A stretch of 64,000 nucleotides of DNA, from positions 1 through 64,000 of the IMG/VR virus record IMGVR_UViG_3300033463_000014. One strand, 5' to 3'. The notes beneath the pieces are model-generated. The model did no database searches. It was not told where the DNA came from and was given only the letters and a program-made list of their open reading frames with translations. Origin of the DNA: a virus (lineage: Duplodnaviria; Caudoviricetes). Within the stretch, counting starts at the first letter, position 1, and each line of letters begins with the position of its first letter. The position numbers and the translations under genes are program-made. This document shows, piece by piece, positions 1 through 8,046 of this stretch.

Positions 1-125
1 GGATACGCGCCGAGCATTGCCGCTTCCGATTTTGTCGGGTGTATCCGCATCCTTCCGCCGACCATCACGGGGAGTTTGAGCTCAACGGGGTAACCATCTA
101 CGAGTCTGTAGTAACGTTCTGTCAT
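1..125 (-). CDS. Hypothetical protein, 5' part only (MTERYYRLVDGYPVELKLPVMVGGRMRIHP...), runs off the window edge
   Basis: ATG at 125-123 with an upstream GAGG; open to position 1; same strand as all neighbours. Confidence 0.55.
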   Translation of the reverse strand, partial: MTERYYRLVDGYPVELKLPVMVGGRMRIHPTKSEAAMLGAY

Positions 126-175
126 GGGGTAGAACCTCACTTGATGGGTTCGTGGTTAGTGGATAGGTGTCGGGG

Positions 176-913
176 TTAGCCGACCCCTGTAACTGCGTCG
201 AGGTCCTGGCGGACGATCTTCACGACAGGGAGGTTGGAGGATGTCTCAGGCGTGTCCGTGATGTACAGGTCGCACCTGGCCCCCGCGTCGAACGCCGTCA
301 TTTCGGCGAGATCCTCGCCGTCCGGAACGCGCACCGCGTATGACACGCCAAGGCCCGCAAGCTCGATCGAGGCGGATGCCCCTGACGTATTGGAGACGCA
401 GACGTACAGATCCCTCGCGTAGCCGCTGACGGGAGCGGGCAGGGACACCTCTGTCGAAGCGACGGCGAGGTCGAGAAACTGGACCGATCGGTCCTTGAGA
501 CCGAGGACGGGCTGCATGGAATCCCCGACGGCAGGGGTGATCGTCCCGAATTTCAGATCCGTTATCTCCTGGTTTATGCTGGAGATGAGGCCAGTTGACA
601 CGTCGAAAAACGCGACGAATACTCCGTCGAGGTGGATGTACCCATAATCGTCGATCTGGAGTTCTGAGCCCTGGTCGGAGGAGTCGTAGTCGGTCCCGTC
701 GTAGGTGAAGGTCACGGGTGTTTCAGGCACATCCCACCCTGAACGCTCGATCGTGTCCAGCGTGTAGCGGATAGACTTCATCTCCTCATCGAGTTCATCA
801 CCCTCGACCAACCCCTCAAGGTTGACGCTGGTGACTACGGAGGGGTTCTCGTCGAGGTCCATGTGGGCGAGTTTGGCGTCCTGTATACGCGAGGATTCTC
901 GTTTGGTGGCCAT
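176..913 (-). CDS. Hypothetical virion/tail-fibre-associated protein (245 aa)
   Basis: Acidic, beta-rich ORF with AGGAG RBS at the distal end of the structural cluster; function inferred from position only. Confidence 0.6.
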   Translation of the reverse strand: MATKRESSRIQDAKLAHMDLDENPSVVTSVNLEGLVEGDELDEEMKSIRYTLDTIERSGWDVPETPVTFTYDGTDYDSSDQGSELQIDDYGYIHLDGVFVAFFDVSTGLISSINQEITDLKFGTITPAVGDSMQPVLGLKDRSVQFLDLAVASTEVSLPAPVSGYARDLYVCVSNTSGASASIELAGLGVSYAVRVPDGEDLAEMTAFDAGARCDLYITDTPETSSNLPVVKIVRQDLDAVTGVG

Positions 914-929
914 GTCTTTCTCCTACTGC

Positions 930-1547
930 CTACTGGCCCTGCTGGTCGTTCTGCTGGCTAACGATATTTGCCCCAAGCATGTCGCCGAAGATGGCTACTG
1001 CCTGCTTCAGACCGTCAATCGTGTTGACTGCGATGTCCACGCCGTCGAGGGCGTCCTTTGAAACCTTCCCGTCGACGTCCTGCTTGATTTCGTCTATCTC
1101 CTGCTGGATGGGATCCTCGTGCGGCGGGTTGCCTGGGCCGTCTGCCGTAACGGACCCTCCGGAGAACTCGACGTCCGTCTGGAGGGTGAAGTCGTTCGCG
1201 CTGTTGAGGACGTCGTATCCGCGCTGGAGCGCGCCGATGTCATCAACGAGGAGCTGCTTGGCCTCGGCGAGGTCGTCCGCGTTCCTGAGCCAGATTGTGC
1301 AGACGGACGTGCGGTACCATGGAACAATCTCTGATGCGGCGTCCTCCGGTATCTCCTGGAAATCGACCGGGGTGGCGACATGGTCGAACTCGGAGAAAGT
1401 GTTTCCGTCAAGCCCGGCGGGGAACTGGTGGTAGACGAAGATCTTGGAGGGGATGCGGTCGGAGGAGACGACCTCCGCCCTGAGGGCGTAGCCGAAAACA
1501 CCTCTTATCTCGGGTGACTGCGTAAACCTGACCTTCAGACCGCACAT
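930..1547 (-). CDS. Hypothetical structural protein (205 aa); its C-terminal module is shared with the 14796..17915 protein
   Basis: C-terminus EIDEIKQDVDGKVSKDALDGVDIAVNTIDG...LGANIV aligns with EIRGMKEEIDGKVDKDALEGVDVMTNTADG...LGANVV. Confidence 0.65.
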   Translation of the reverse strand: MCGLKVRFTQSPEIRGVFGYALRAEVVSSDRIPSKIFVYHQFPAGLDGNTFSEFDHVATPVDFQEIPEDAASEIVPWYRTSVCTIWLRNADDLAEAKQLLVDDIGALQRGYDVLNSANDFTLQTDVEFSGGSVTADGPGNPPHEDPIQQEIDEIKQDVDGKVSKDALDGVDIAVNTIDGLKQAVAIFGDMLGANIVSQQNDQQGQ

Positions 1548-1556
1548 CGCTATACC

Positions 1557-2114
1557 CTATTTGCCAATGAGTTTTAACAGAACGTTGAAATGCCCGGATA
1601 CGAAAATTACGACGATGAAGAATACGAAAGTGTAGAACGAGAGGAGAGGATGGTCAGATATAACCTTGGCGACGATGTTAGCGTGTGCGATGTCCACTGA
1701 CGGGAATGGCCCTTTATCAGGCGTTCCGCCACTTCCTTCATGGGCTAATACTGGCTTTCCTCCGCCATGCCCTGAGTCGATCTTCCTGATGATGTCCGCA
1801 AGGCCCTCTCCGAGTTCCTTCCTGAGCAGGTCGAACTCCCCGTTGTTCTCTTCCCTCAGGTTCCTGATCTCCTTTCTGACAGAGTCGAATGTCCTCTCCT
1901 GGGCGCATGTGAGCTCGAACAGGTTTTCGGCAGTCTTCTGGATCTTGTCCTCGCCAGAGAGTCCGTTGCATCCCTCCATGGCTGACTCGATCCTGGCTAT
2001 CCTGTGTTCCTTCTCCTCGGCGTCCTCGTGATCCTCGCCGTATTTCTCGTAATAGCGTACGATCCCGTCGATCGTCCGCTTAGCCTCAGCCCTTATCCTG
2101 TCAGAAATCGCCAT
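1557..2114 (-). CDS. Coiled-coil protein with one C-terminal transmembrane helix (holin-like candidate)
   Basis: Charged helical N-terminus; hydrophobic LLSFYTFVFFIVVIFVSG at the C-terminus; has its own upstream promoter. Confidence 0.55.
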   Translation of the reverse strand: MAISDRIRAEAKRTIDGIVRYYEKYGEDHEDAEEKEHRIARIESAMEGCNGLSGEDKIQKTAENLFELTCAQERTFDSVRKEIRNLREENNGEFDLLRKELGEGLADIIRKIDSGHGGGKPVLAHEGSGGTPDKGPFPSVDIAHANIVAKVISDHPLLSFYTFVFFIVVIFVSGHFNVLLKLIGK

Positions 2115-2149
2115 TTCGGATAAATCCCCTTTTATCGAAAACCTAAAAA

Positions 2150-2178
2150 ATTATACCGAACTAGAGCCTTCCGCGCAA
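2150..2178 (-). promoter_or_regulatory. Sigma70-type promoter TTGCGC-N17-TATAAT (with CGG before the -10)
   Basis: Read directly on the minus strand, about 35 nt upstream of ATG 2114. Confidence 0.6.
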
Positions 2179-5082
2179 TGTCTCAATGACGCGGGCCCTC
2201 ATGGCGCCTGTGTTTACGGAACCGCGTCTTTCGCAGGCCTGCGCGAGCGGCGATCCGGAACGTATTGTCGCCAGCCTTTCCGCCCCGATGTTCACCTGTC
2301 CGACGGAGCCTGCGCCTACGTTGCTGAACCGCACCGTGCGCATTCCCGCCTGGTCGGAAAGGTACGCGCTGATGACGGACGCGGCATCTGGCGACCTTTT
2401 GGACTCAACGGGGTTCTTGTTCCTCCCGTTCGCGGTTGCGGACGACCACCTTCCGATGATGTCCCTCCACACGGTCCTCCATCCCGGTACGCCGAACAGG
2501 CGGAGCTCCTCGGCCCTTGAGATCTCGCCGAGAAGTCCGTGCCACACCGGCGTGTCGCGGACCATGCCGGCCACGCGGAGTATCTCCATGGACTCCGATG
2601 GGGATGCGGGGGAAGGGTCGCCGGGAAGTCCGCATGACGTCCTGGCGTCCGCCCTGCGCAGCGGATCCGGACGGAAGTCTGGTTTCGGCTCATGGGCTTT
2701 TCCGTACATCGACGCTGCTATCCTTGACGCGTTCGCCCCCGTTCCCTTGGCGTACCTGCCGATGGATGGTATGGCCAGCATGGGGTCGCGCGGAACGACG
2801 TCGAGTGTCTCGAACCTGCTCGGATCGGGGAACAGGCGCTTGAGTATGGAGAGGGCGTTGCGGTAGCTCCCGTCGTTGTAGCCAACATGCGTGGCTGACG
2901 GGATCTCCCTGTCGTACGGCGAGAGGAAGACGTGGTCGTAGTCCTGCACGCCGACCACGCCGGCGAAGTTGAAGTAGCCGGAGGCGATGATCGTGTCGCA
3001 CCGGCTCTCGTACCCGCTCCATCTCGCGTAGTCGAGGAAGGTGTCGCGGTCGATCTGCATCCACATGTGCGGCTGGAAGTAGCGGGCGGCGTCGGTGACG
3101 CCTTCGGACCTCCTCCGATCCGTCTCCCTCACGAGGGTGTCGCGAAGTCTGGAGTGCCAGACCCTTCCCATGTCCGCGTAGAACCCGTCGGACGGGTCGA
3201 ACATCCTGATCCAGCGCGGCGTGAAGTCGTCCCACGTGCATTGTCGGGTCTGGAACTGGTCGTCGGAGCAGAAGAGGATGCGTTTCGCGATTCCCCTCTG
3301 CTCGCAGGCGTGGCGGAGCTTGTCGATGATGTTCGCGTCCTTGGCGTGTGAGAAGCGGTCCGGCCACTGGAGGTGGATGACCTTCGAGCGGTCGACCCAC
3401 GGCGGGCAGAAGCCGCAGATGTAGACGTTGCGGACGAATGGGCAGTTTTTCTCGACGCTTCTGAGGGCGTACCGGAGCTCTGTGTTGTTGTCGGCCGAAC
3501 CAGTGCCGATGACGAACACGGCGTCAACGGCATTCATGGCCAAGCCGGCCTCGAAGGGGGCAGGCGGAAGTTTGTCGGCCTTCGCCGCCCAGTACCTCTT
3601 CACCTCCCTTCCATGCGCGTTGCCTGTGTAGTGCAGTATTTTTCCGTTCCAAGACGACGGCATGTCGGCGAGGCGCGTAAAGCTCGTCTGCCATCCTTTG
3701 GCGGAAAAGTCACAGAAACCTTCATGCCATTTTTCGTCATTGTGGTATAGATGCCCGAAAATGCACTCGTCGTCCTCGATGGGGAACTCGCTGTCCAGGC
3801 TTTTAAGCCGCTCATTGGCGTCGTTGTGGAAAAACATCATGCAGTTCCAGCACATTCGGTTGTTATAGTCCCTGTCGGGATGGCGATTGTCTGGATTCTC
3901 CACATGATTGAGAGGCCTGCGCACAAAACCCTTTTCCTTGGGTCCGCCATTGGCCACATAGTCGAAGCTGGGGTCGTATTTCCCGGTCTCGTTTGGGGCG
4001 TAGAACTGCGTGCAGATGAACCCAGGTGATGAGGCGGCGTAGTCGAAGCACTCGTCCAGATTGCCCACGATCTCGGCGTCATCGTCAATCCACGCCCACT
4101 CCTTTGGGGAAAGCCTTGTCGCTATCGCATGCAGAAGCGCCTTCTTGGAATACCATCCGACATTGCGGCTTACGGCTCTTGACGCCAAGGGTCTGGACAG
4201 GGCCCACTCGTCGGAGCAGTCGAACACCGTTCCTCCGCTGTATTCAGCCGCGGCCTCGCAGTATTCCATGTCGTCGTCACGCCAATCTCCGGGAGGCCCG
4301 GGAACTATCACAAGAGGGATTTTGTTTCCGGAGGCGAAATACGCCCTTATCCACGGGCGTATCAGCTCGTGTCGAGGAGACACCACAATACACCTGTCCA
4401 GCATGTCCATATCGCCTCCGTCGTTGCTCCCGGAGACGATCCGGTCCATTTCCCTATGCCCTCCTTTGTCTACGTAGTGTATGCAGAAGGTCCTTCCCGG
4501 GGCTTCTCCTTTCCTCCATACCCATCCAAAGGCTGGATCCATCTCCGTGATGCTGAACATTCCGTTGAGCAGGTCCTGGTCTCGCAGCTTGAGGCCTACG
4601 CGCCTATGTATATCAAGACCGGCATCTATCTTCCTGCGCCACTCCGCCTTGTCGATCTTGCAGAGATCCATGACGAGGACGCCCGCGTTGCAATACACGG
4701 AGCCATTATATCCGCCGAACCTCGTCTTGAGATATGACTTATACTTGTTCTGTTTTACGTCAGACGCGGCGGCGAGGCCGTCCTTCCCTGTATCCACGTT
4801 CAGTATCTCGGCGAAACCTCGAAATATGTCGACGTCGACATCCAGCCATACCACCCTGTCATACTTATCGAACTGCCTCATCAGCGGGATGGCGAGCCGC
4901 GAGAAGTAGACCATCTGTCCTTCCGGCGCGCCGGTAAGCAGGCTTCTGGCCTCTTCCATGTCGAGATCCACTATGTCCACTCCGGGGACATGCTGGTGCA
5001 GACGCCTGACCACGTAGTTCCTGTATCCAACGTACCTATCGCCCGAAGCGTACACGGCGAACGCGCATTTTTTACGATCCAT
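2161..5082 (-). CDS. Multi-domain glycosyltransferase (973 aa): GT8-like + second GT-A-like + Stealth-family phosphotransferase + unknown C-terminal extension
   Basis: GT8 motifs SRLAIP..YDRVVWLDVD, NAGVLVMDL, DQDLLN, IHY; second DxD WAWIDDD; Stealth CR1-CR4-like DAVFVIG, ELRYALRSVEKNCPFVRNVYI, FCSDDQF, PH, LFPDPSRFE. Confidence 0.8.
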   Translation of the reverse strand: MDRKKCAFAVYASGDRYVGYRNYVVRRLHQHVPGVDIVDLDMEEARSLLTGAPEGQMVYFSRLAIPLMRQFDKYDRVVWLDVDVDIFRGFAEILNVDTGKDGLAAASDVKQNKYKSYLKTRFGGYNGSVYCNAGVLVMDLCKIDKAEWRRKIDAGLDIHRRVGLKLRDQDLLNGMFSITEMDPAFGWVWRKGEAPGRTFCIHYVDKGGHREMDRIVSGSNDGGDMDMLDRCIVVSPRHELIRPWIRAYFASGNKIPLVIVPGPPGDWRDDDMEYCEAAAEYSGGTVFDCSDEWALSRPLASRAVSRNVGWYSKKALLHAIATRLSPKEWAWIDDDAEIVGNLDECFDYAASSPGFICTQFYAPNETGKYDPSFDYVANGGPKEKGFVRRPLNHVENPDNRHPDRDYNNRMCWNCMMFFHNDANERLKSLDSEFPIEDDECIFGHLYHNDEKWHEGFCDFSAKGWQTSFTRLADMPSSWNGKILHYTGNAHGREVKRYWAAKADKLPPAPFEAGLAMNAVDAVFVIGTGSADNNTELRYALRSVEKNCPFVRNVYICGFCPPWVDRSKVIHLQWPDRFSHAKDANIIDKLRHACEQRGIAKRILFCSDDQFQTRQCTWDDFTPRWIRMFDPSDGFYADMGRVWHSRLRDTLVRETDRRRSEGVTDAARYFQPHMWMQIDRDTFLDYARWSGYESRCDTIIASGYFNFAGVVGVQDYDHVFLSPYDREIPSATHVGYNDGSYRNALSILKRLFPDPSRFETLDVVPRDPMLAIPSIGRYAKGTGANASRIAASMYGKAHEPKPDFRPDPLRRADARTSCGLPGDPSPASPSESMEILRVAGMVRDTPVWHGLLGEISRAEELRLFGVPGWRTVWRDIIGRWSSATANGRNKNPVESKRSPDAASVISAYLSDQAGMRTVRFSNVGAGSVGQVNIGAERLATIRSGSPLAQACERRGSVNTGAMRARVIETLRGRL

Positions 5083-5104
5083 ACTCTCCTCATCCTCCTG
5101 CCGT

Positions 5105-5114
5105 ATTATACCAA
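5105..5114 (-). promoter_or_regulatory. Extended -10 promoter TTGGTATAAT
   Basis: Intergenic, 22 nt upstream of ATG 5082; the identical 10-mer recurs before other genes. Confidence 0.65.
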
Positions 5115-5115
5115 C

Positions 5116-7548
5116 CTATTCGGATGCCGAGAATCCGAACACCCTTCCGAATCGCCTCCCGAACGCGCCGACGAGGAGTGGTGTGTCCGATCTCGGGGGG
5201 GCGTCCGAGACGCGCGTCGCCGCGTGCGTTTCCGGGGAGGGCTCAGCCTCCCTGGCGGACGCCCCTTTGAACCCGCGCTCGAACCGGCAGGCTGAGGGGA
5301 ACAGCTTTCCGGCGAACTCCATCGCCTTTTTGAACACTCCGTCCGTATAGGCGATGTGAGTAACGTCGGGGATATCCTTTGTATTCTCGCAGATGAAGCG
5401 GTGGTCGTATATCTGGCTTCCGCCCGCGTCGATGAAGTTGAAGTACCCTGAGGCGATGATGGTGTCGGACCGGTTTGCGTAGTCTGACCATTCGGCGTAC
5501 TTCAGGAAGAGGTCGCGGTCGATCTGCATCCACATGTGCGGCTCGTAGTAGAAGACACGCGTGTCGTCAAGTCCCGCGTCGCGCCTCCGCTTGGCGTCCC
5601 TCTCAAGCGTGTCGCGCAGCCGCGTGTGCCACTCCCGCTTCATGTCCGTGTACCACGTGTCTGACGGGTCGTACCTCCTGAGCCAGCGCGGGGCGAAATC
5701 CTCCCATGAGCAGACATGCGTCTGGAACTGGTCGTCGGAGCAGAAGAGGACGCGCCTGGCCATCCCCTTTTCGGAGCACGCCCGGCGGAGCTTGTCGATG
5801 ATGTTGGCGTCCTTGGCGTGCCTGTACTTGTCCGGCCACGGGATATGGCGTACCGTGTCCGTGTTGACGAACGGCGGCAGATCGCCGCAGATGTATACGT
5901 CGCGGACGAACGGGCAGTTCGTGTCTAGGCTCCGGAGCGCGTACCTGAGCTCCTCGTTCCCGTTCTTTGAACCTTTGCCGATGACGAACACGGCGTCTAC
6001 GGCCAGATCGTCTGGTATTCCCGCCTTGGAGGTCATCATGCCGCTCATGAGCGAGTCCATGTTTCCTATGAGGCACTCGAACGGCGCTGGGGGTAGTTCG
6101 CTGACCTTGGCCTCCCACATTTTCTTCACCTCCCAGCCGTTCCTCCTGGATGCGTAATGGATGGCCTTGCCATTCCAGTCCTTCGGAATATCTGAGACCG
6201 ACTTACACACCGTCTGCCATCCAAGATGCGAGAAGTCTCTGAACCCGTCATGCCATTCCTGGTCGACGTTGTAGAGATAGCCGAAGATAATTTCGTCGTC
6301 CTCTATCGGATAGTCCTTGGACAGCTTGTCTGTAAGCCTCGCGTTCGCGTCATTATGGAAAAACACAAGGGAGTTCCAGCAGAGCTTATCCCCTCGGTAG
6401 AGCCTGAACATGCCGGCCGGACGGGAATCCGTCTTTCCAGGCCTGTAGAACTGGGAGCAGATGAACCCTGGCCTCGACTCTGCATAGTCGAAGCATTCAG
6501 ACAGGTCTCCCGTTATCTCAACGTCGTCATCGACCCATGCCCACGCCTTCGGGCTTACGCGCGTGGCGACGGCTCGGAGGAGGCTTTTCTTCGTATACCA
6601 CCCGATCATCTTGTTGAGGGATGACCTTTGGGCGAGACGCGCGGAATTTTTCCACTCCTCGGAGCAGTCGAGAACCATCCCGCCGCAGAAGGCCGCGGCG
6701 GCTTTGCAGTAGTCGAGGTCGCCCTCCTTCCAGTCTCCATCCGGTCCTGTCATGATGACGAGCGGAAGCGTGTTTCCTGAGGCGAAGTACGCGCGTATCC
6801 ACGGCCTGATGAACGCATGCCTCGGGGCGATGGCGACACATCTGTCTGAGGAGAGGGATACGCCAGTCTTTTCATGTCCGGACTCTATCTTTTCCAATAG
6901 AGCCTTGTGTCCTTGATTGTCAGCGTAATGGACGAGCCATGCGTTGTCTACCGAGGACTCACGCCAGATACTGTTGTATCTCTGGTCTATAACCTTTACA
7001 TTGAACAGCCCGTTAATTAGATCCTGGTCTGCGAACCTGAACGTTTTCGCGGCATGTATTGATATGCCTAATGAAACGCGGTCATGCCACGATTTTTTAT
7101 CTATCTTGTCAAGGTCCATGACGAGAACGCCAGAGTTGACGTATACGTCTATGTCCCTGCCTTGGAAATACCTTTTTAGTTCAGCCTTTCTTCGTTCTTG
7201 ACGCATATCAGGGCTCGCGGCGAGCCCGTCGTCGCTCGTCTCAACCTCAAGCACGCCGGCGAACATACCTGAAAGGATTTCCGTGTCGCAGTCAACCCAC
7301 ACGACCCTGTCGTATTTCTCGAACCTTTCTGACATCGGGATTGAAAGCCTGGAAAACTTAGGAATATCGGAATCAGTCAATCCAGGAAGCGCCGTCCTGA
7401 CGTCATCCATGTTTAGATCGACGACATCAACGCCAGGCGCGAACCATCCGAGCTGTCCGACAAGACGCTCCCTGAACCTTTTGTACATATCGCCTTGAGC
7501 AAATACGGCGAACGCGCATTTTCTGTTTAAGGCCATTTCACCCTCCAT
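5116..7548 (-). CDS. Paralogous multi-domain glycosyltransferase (810 aa): GT8-like + GT-A-like + Stealth
   Basis: Colinear with the 973-aa ORF: YDRVVWVDCD, NSGVLVMDL, DQDLIN, WAWVDDD, ELRYALRSLDTNCPFVRDVYI, FCSDDQF, LFPSACRFE. Confidence 0.8.
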   Translation of the reverse strand: MEGEMALNRKCAFAVFAQGDMYKRFRERLVGQLGWFAPGVDVVDLNMDDVRTALPGLTDSDIPKFSRLSIPMSERFEKYDRVVWVDCDTEILSGMFAGVLEVETSDDGLAASPDMRQERRKAELKRYFQGRDIDVYVNSGVLVMDLDKIDKKSWHDRVSLGISIHAAKTFRFADQDLINGLFNVKVIDQRYNSIWRESSVDNAWLVHYADNQGHKALLEKIESGHEKTGVSLSSDRCVAIAPRHAFIRPWIRAYFASGNTLPLVIMTGPDGDWKEGDLDYCKAAAAFCGGMVLDCSEEWKNSARLAQRSSLNKMIGWYTKKSLLRAVATRVSPKAWAWVDDDVEITGDLSECFDYAESRPGFICSQFYRPGKTDSRPAGMFRLYRGDKLCWNSLVFFHNDANARLTDKLSKDYPIEDDEIIFGYLYNVDQEWHDGFRDFSHLGWQTVCKSVSDIPKDWNGKAIHYASRRNGWEVKKMWEAKVSELPPAPFECLIGNMDSLMSGMMTSKAGIPDDLAVDAVFVIGKGSKNGNEELRYALRSLDTNCPFVRDVYICGDLPPFVNTDTVRHIPWPDKYRHAKDANIIDKLRRACSEKGMARRVLFCSDDQFQTHVCSWEDFAPRWLRRYDPSDTWYTDMKREWHTRLRDTLERDAKRRRDAGLDDTRVFYYEPHMWMQIDRDLFLKYAEWSDYANRSDTIIASGYFNFIDAGGSQIYDHRFICENTKDIPDVTHIAYTDGVFKKAMEFAGKLFPSACRFERGFKGASAREAEPSPETHAATRVSDAPPRSDTPLLVGAFGRRFGRVFGFSASE

Positions 7549-7555
7549 GAATGAA

Positions 7556-7957
7556 TCACGGCACTTCGATCACATACTCGCACATTCCGACGCCCGACGT
7601 ATCGTACACCTGGCTCTTCTGCTCTCCGACACCGGGAACGGTATAGAACACGACGATCGATGGGCAATCATCCGTCTCCGGTGGCGTGACGGGGGACGAC
7701 GAACCTGCATGGCTCGGCCCTGAGGACGCTCCGTTGGACGAACCGGCATGGCTCGGTCCGGAGGAAGAGACCTTAGACGAAGACCCCTTCTGGGGGGACG
7801 ATGCAGTGGGATAGGAGACAGACGATCCGGACGTCCCGGATGATGGATACCATCCAGAGTCTTTCGATCCTGTAGACTGCGATGAATCACCGGCCGGTGA
7901 TCCGGATGTCGGATAAGACGAGGATGTTCCCCTTGCAAACGCCCATTCGTTTTCCAT
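7556..7957 (-). CDS. Ser/Gly/Pro-rich low-complexity protein (133 aa) with a small Cys-bounded C-terminal domain
   Basis: GGGAG RBS; duplicated SSGPSHAGSS unit; fills the gap between flanking genes. Confidence 0.6.
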   Translation of the reverse strand: MENEWAFARGTSSSYPTSGSPAGDSSQSTGSKDSGWYPSSGTSGSSVSYPTASSPQKGSSSKVSSSGPSHAGSSNGASSGPSHAGSSSPVTPPETDDCPSIVVFYTVPGVGEQKSQVYDTSGVGMCEYVIEVP

Positions 7958-8046
7958 TCCCTACTCCCTTAAAATTCCCCGTTCGCGTGTGGGTCCTCCG
8001 GTGGGTCCTCCGGCGGATCCTCCGTTCCGTCTTCCTCGGTTCCACC

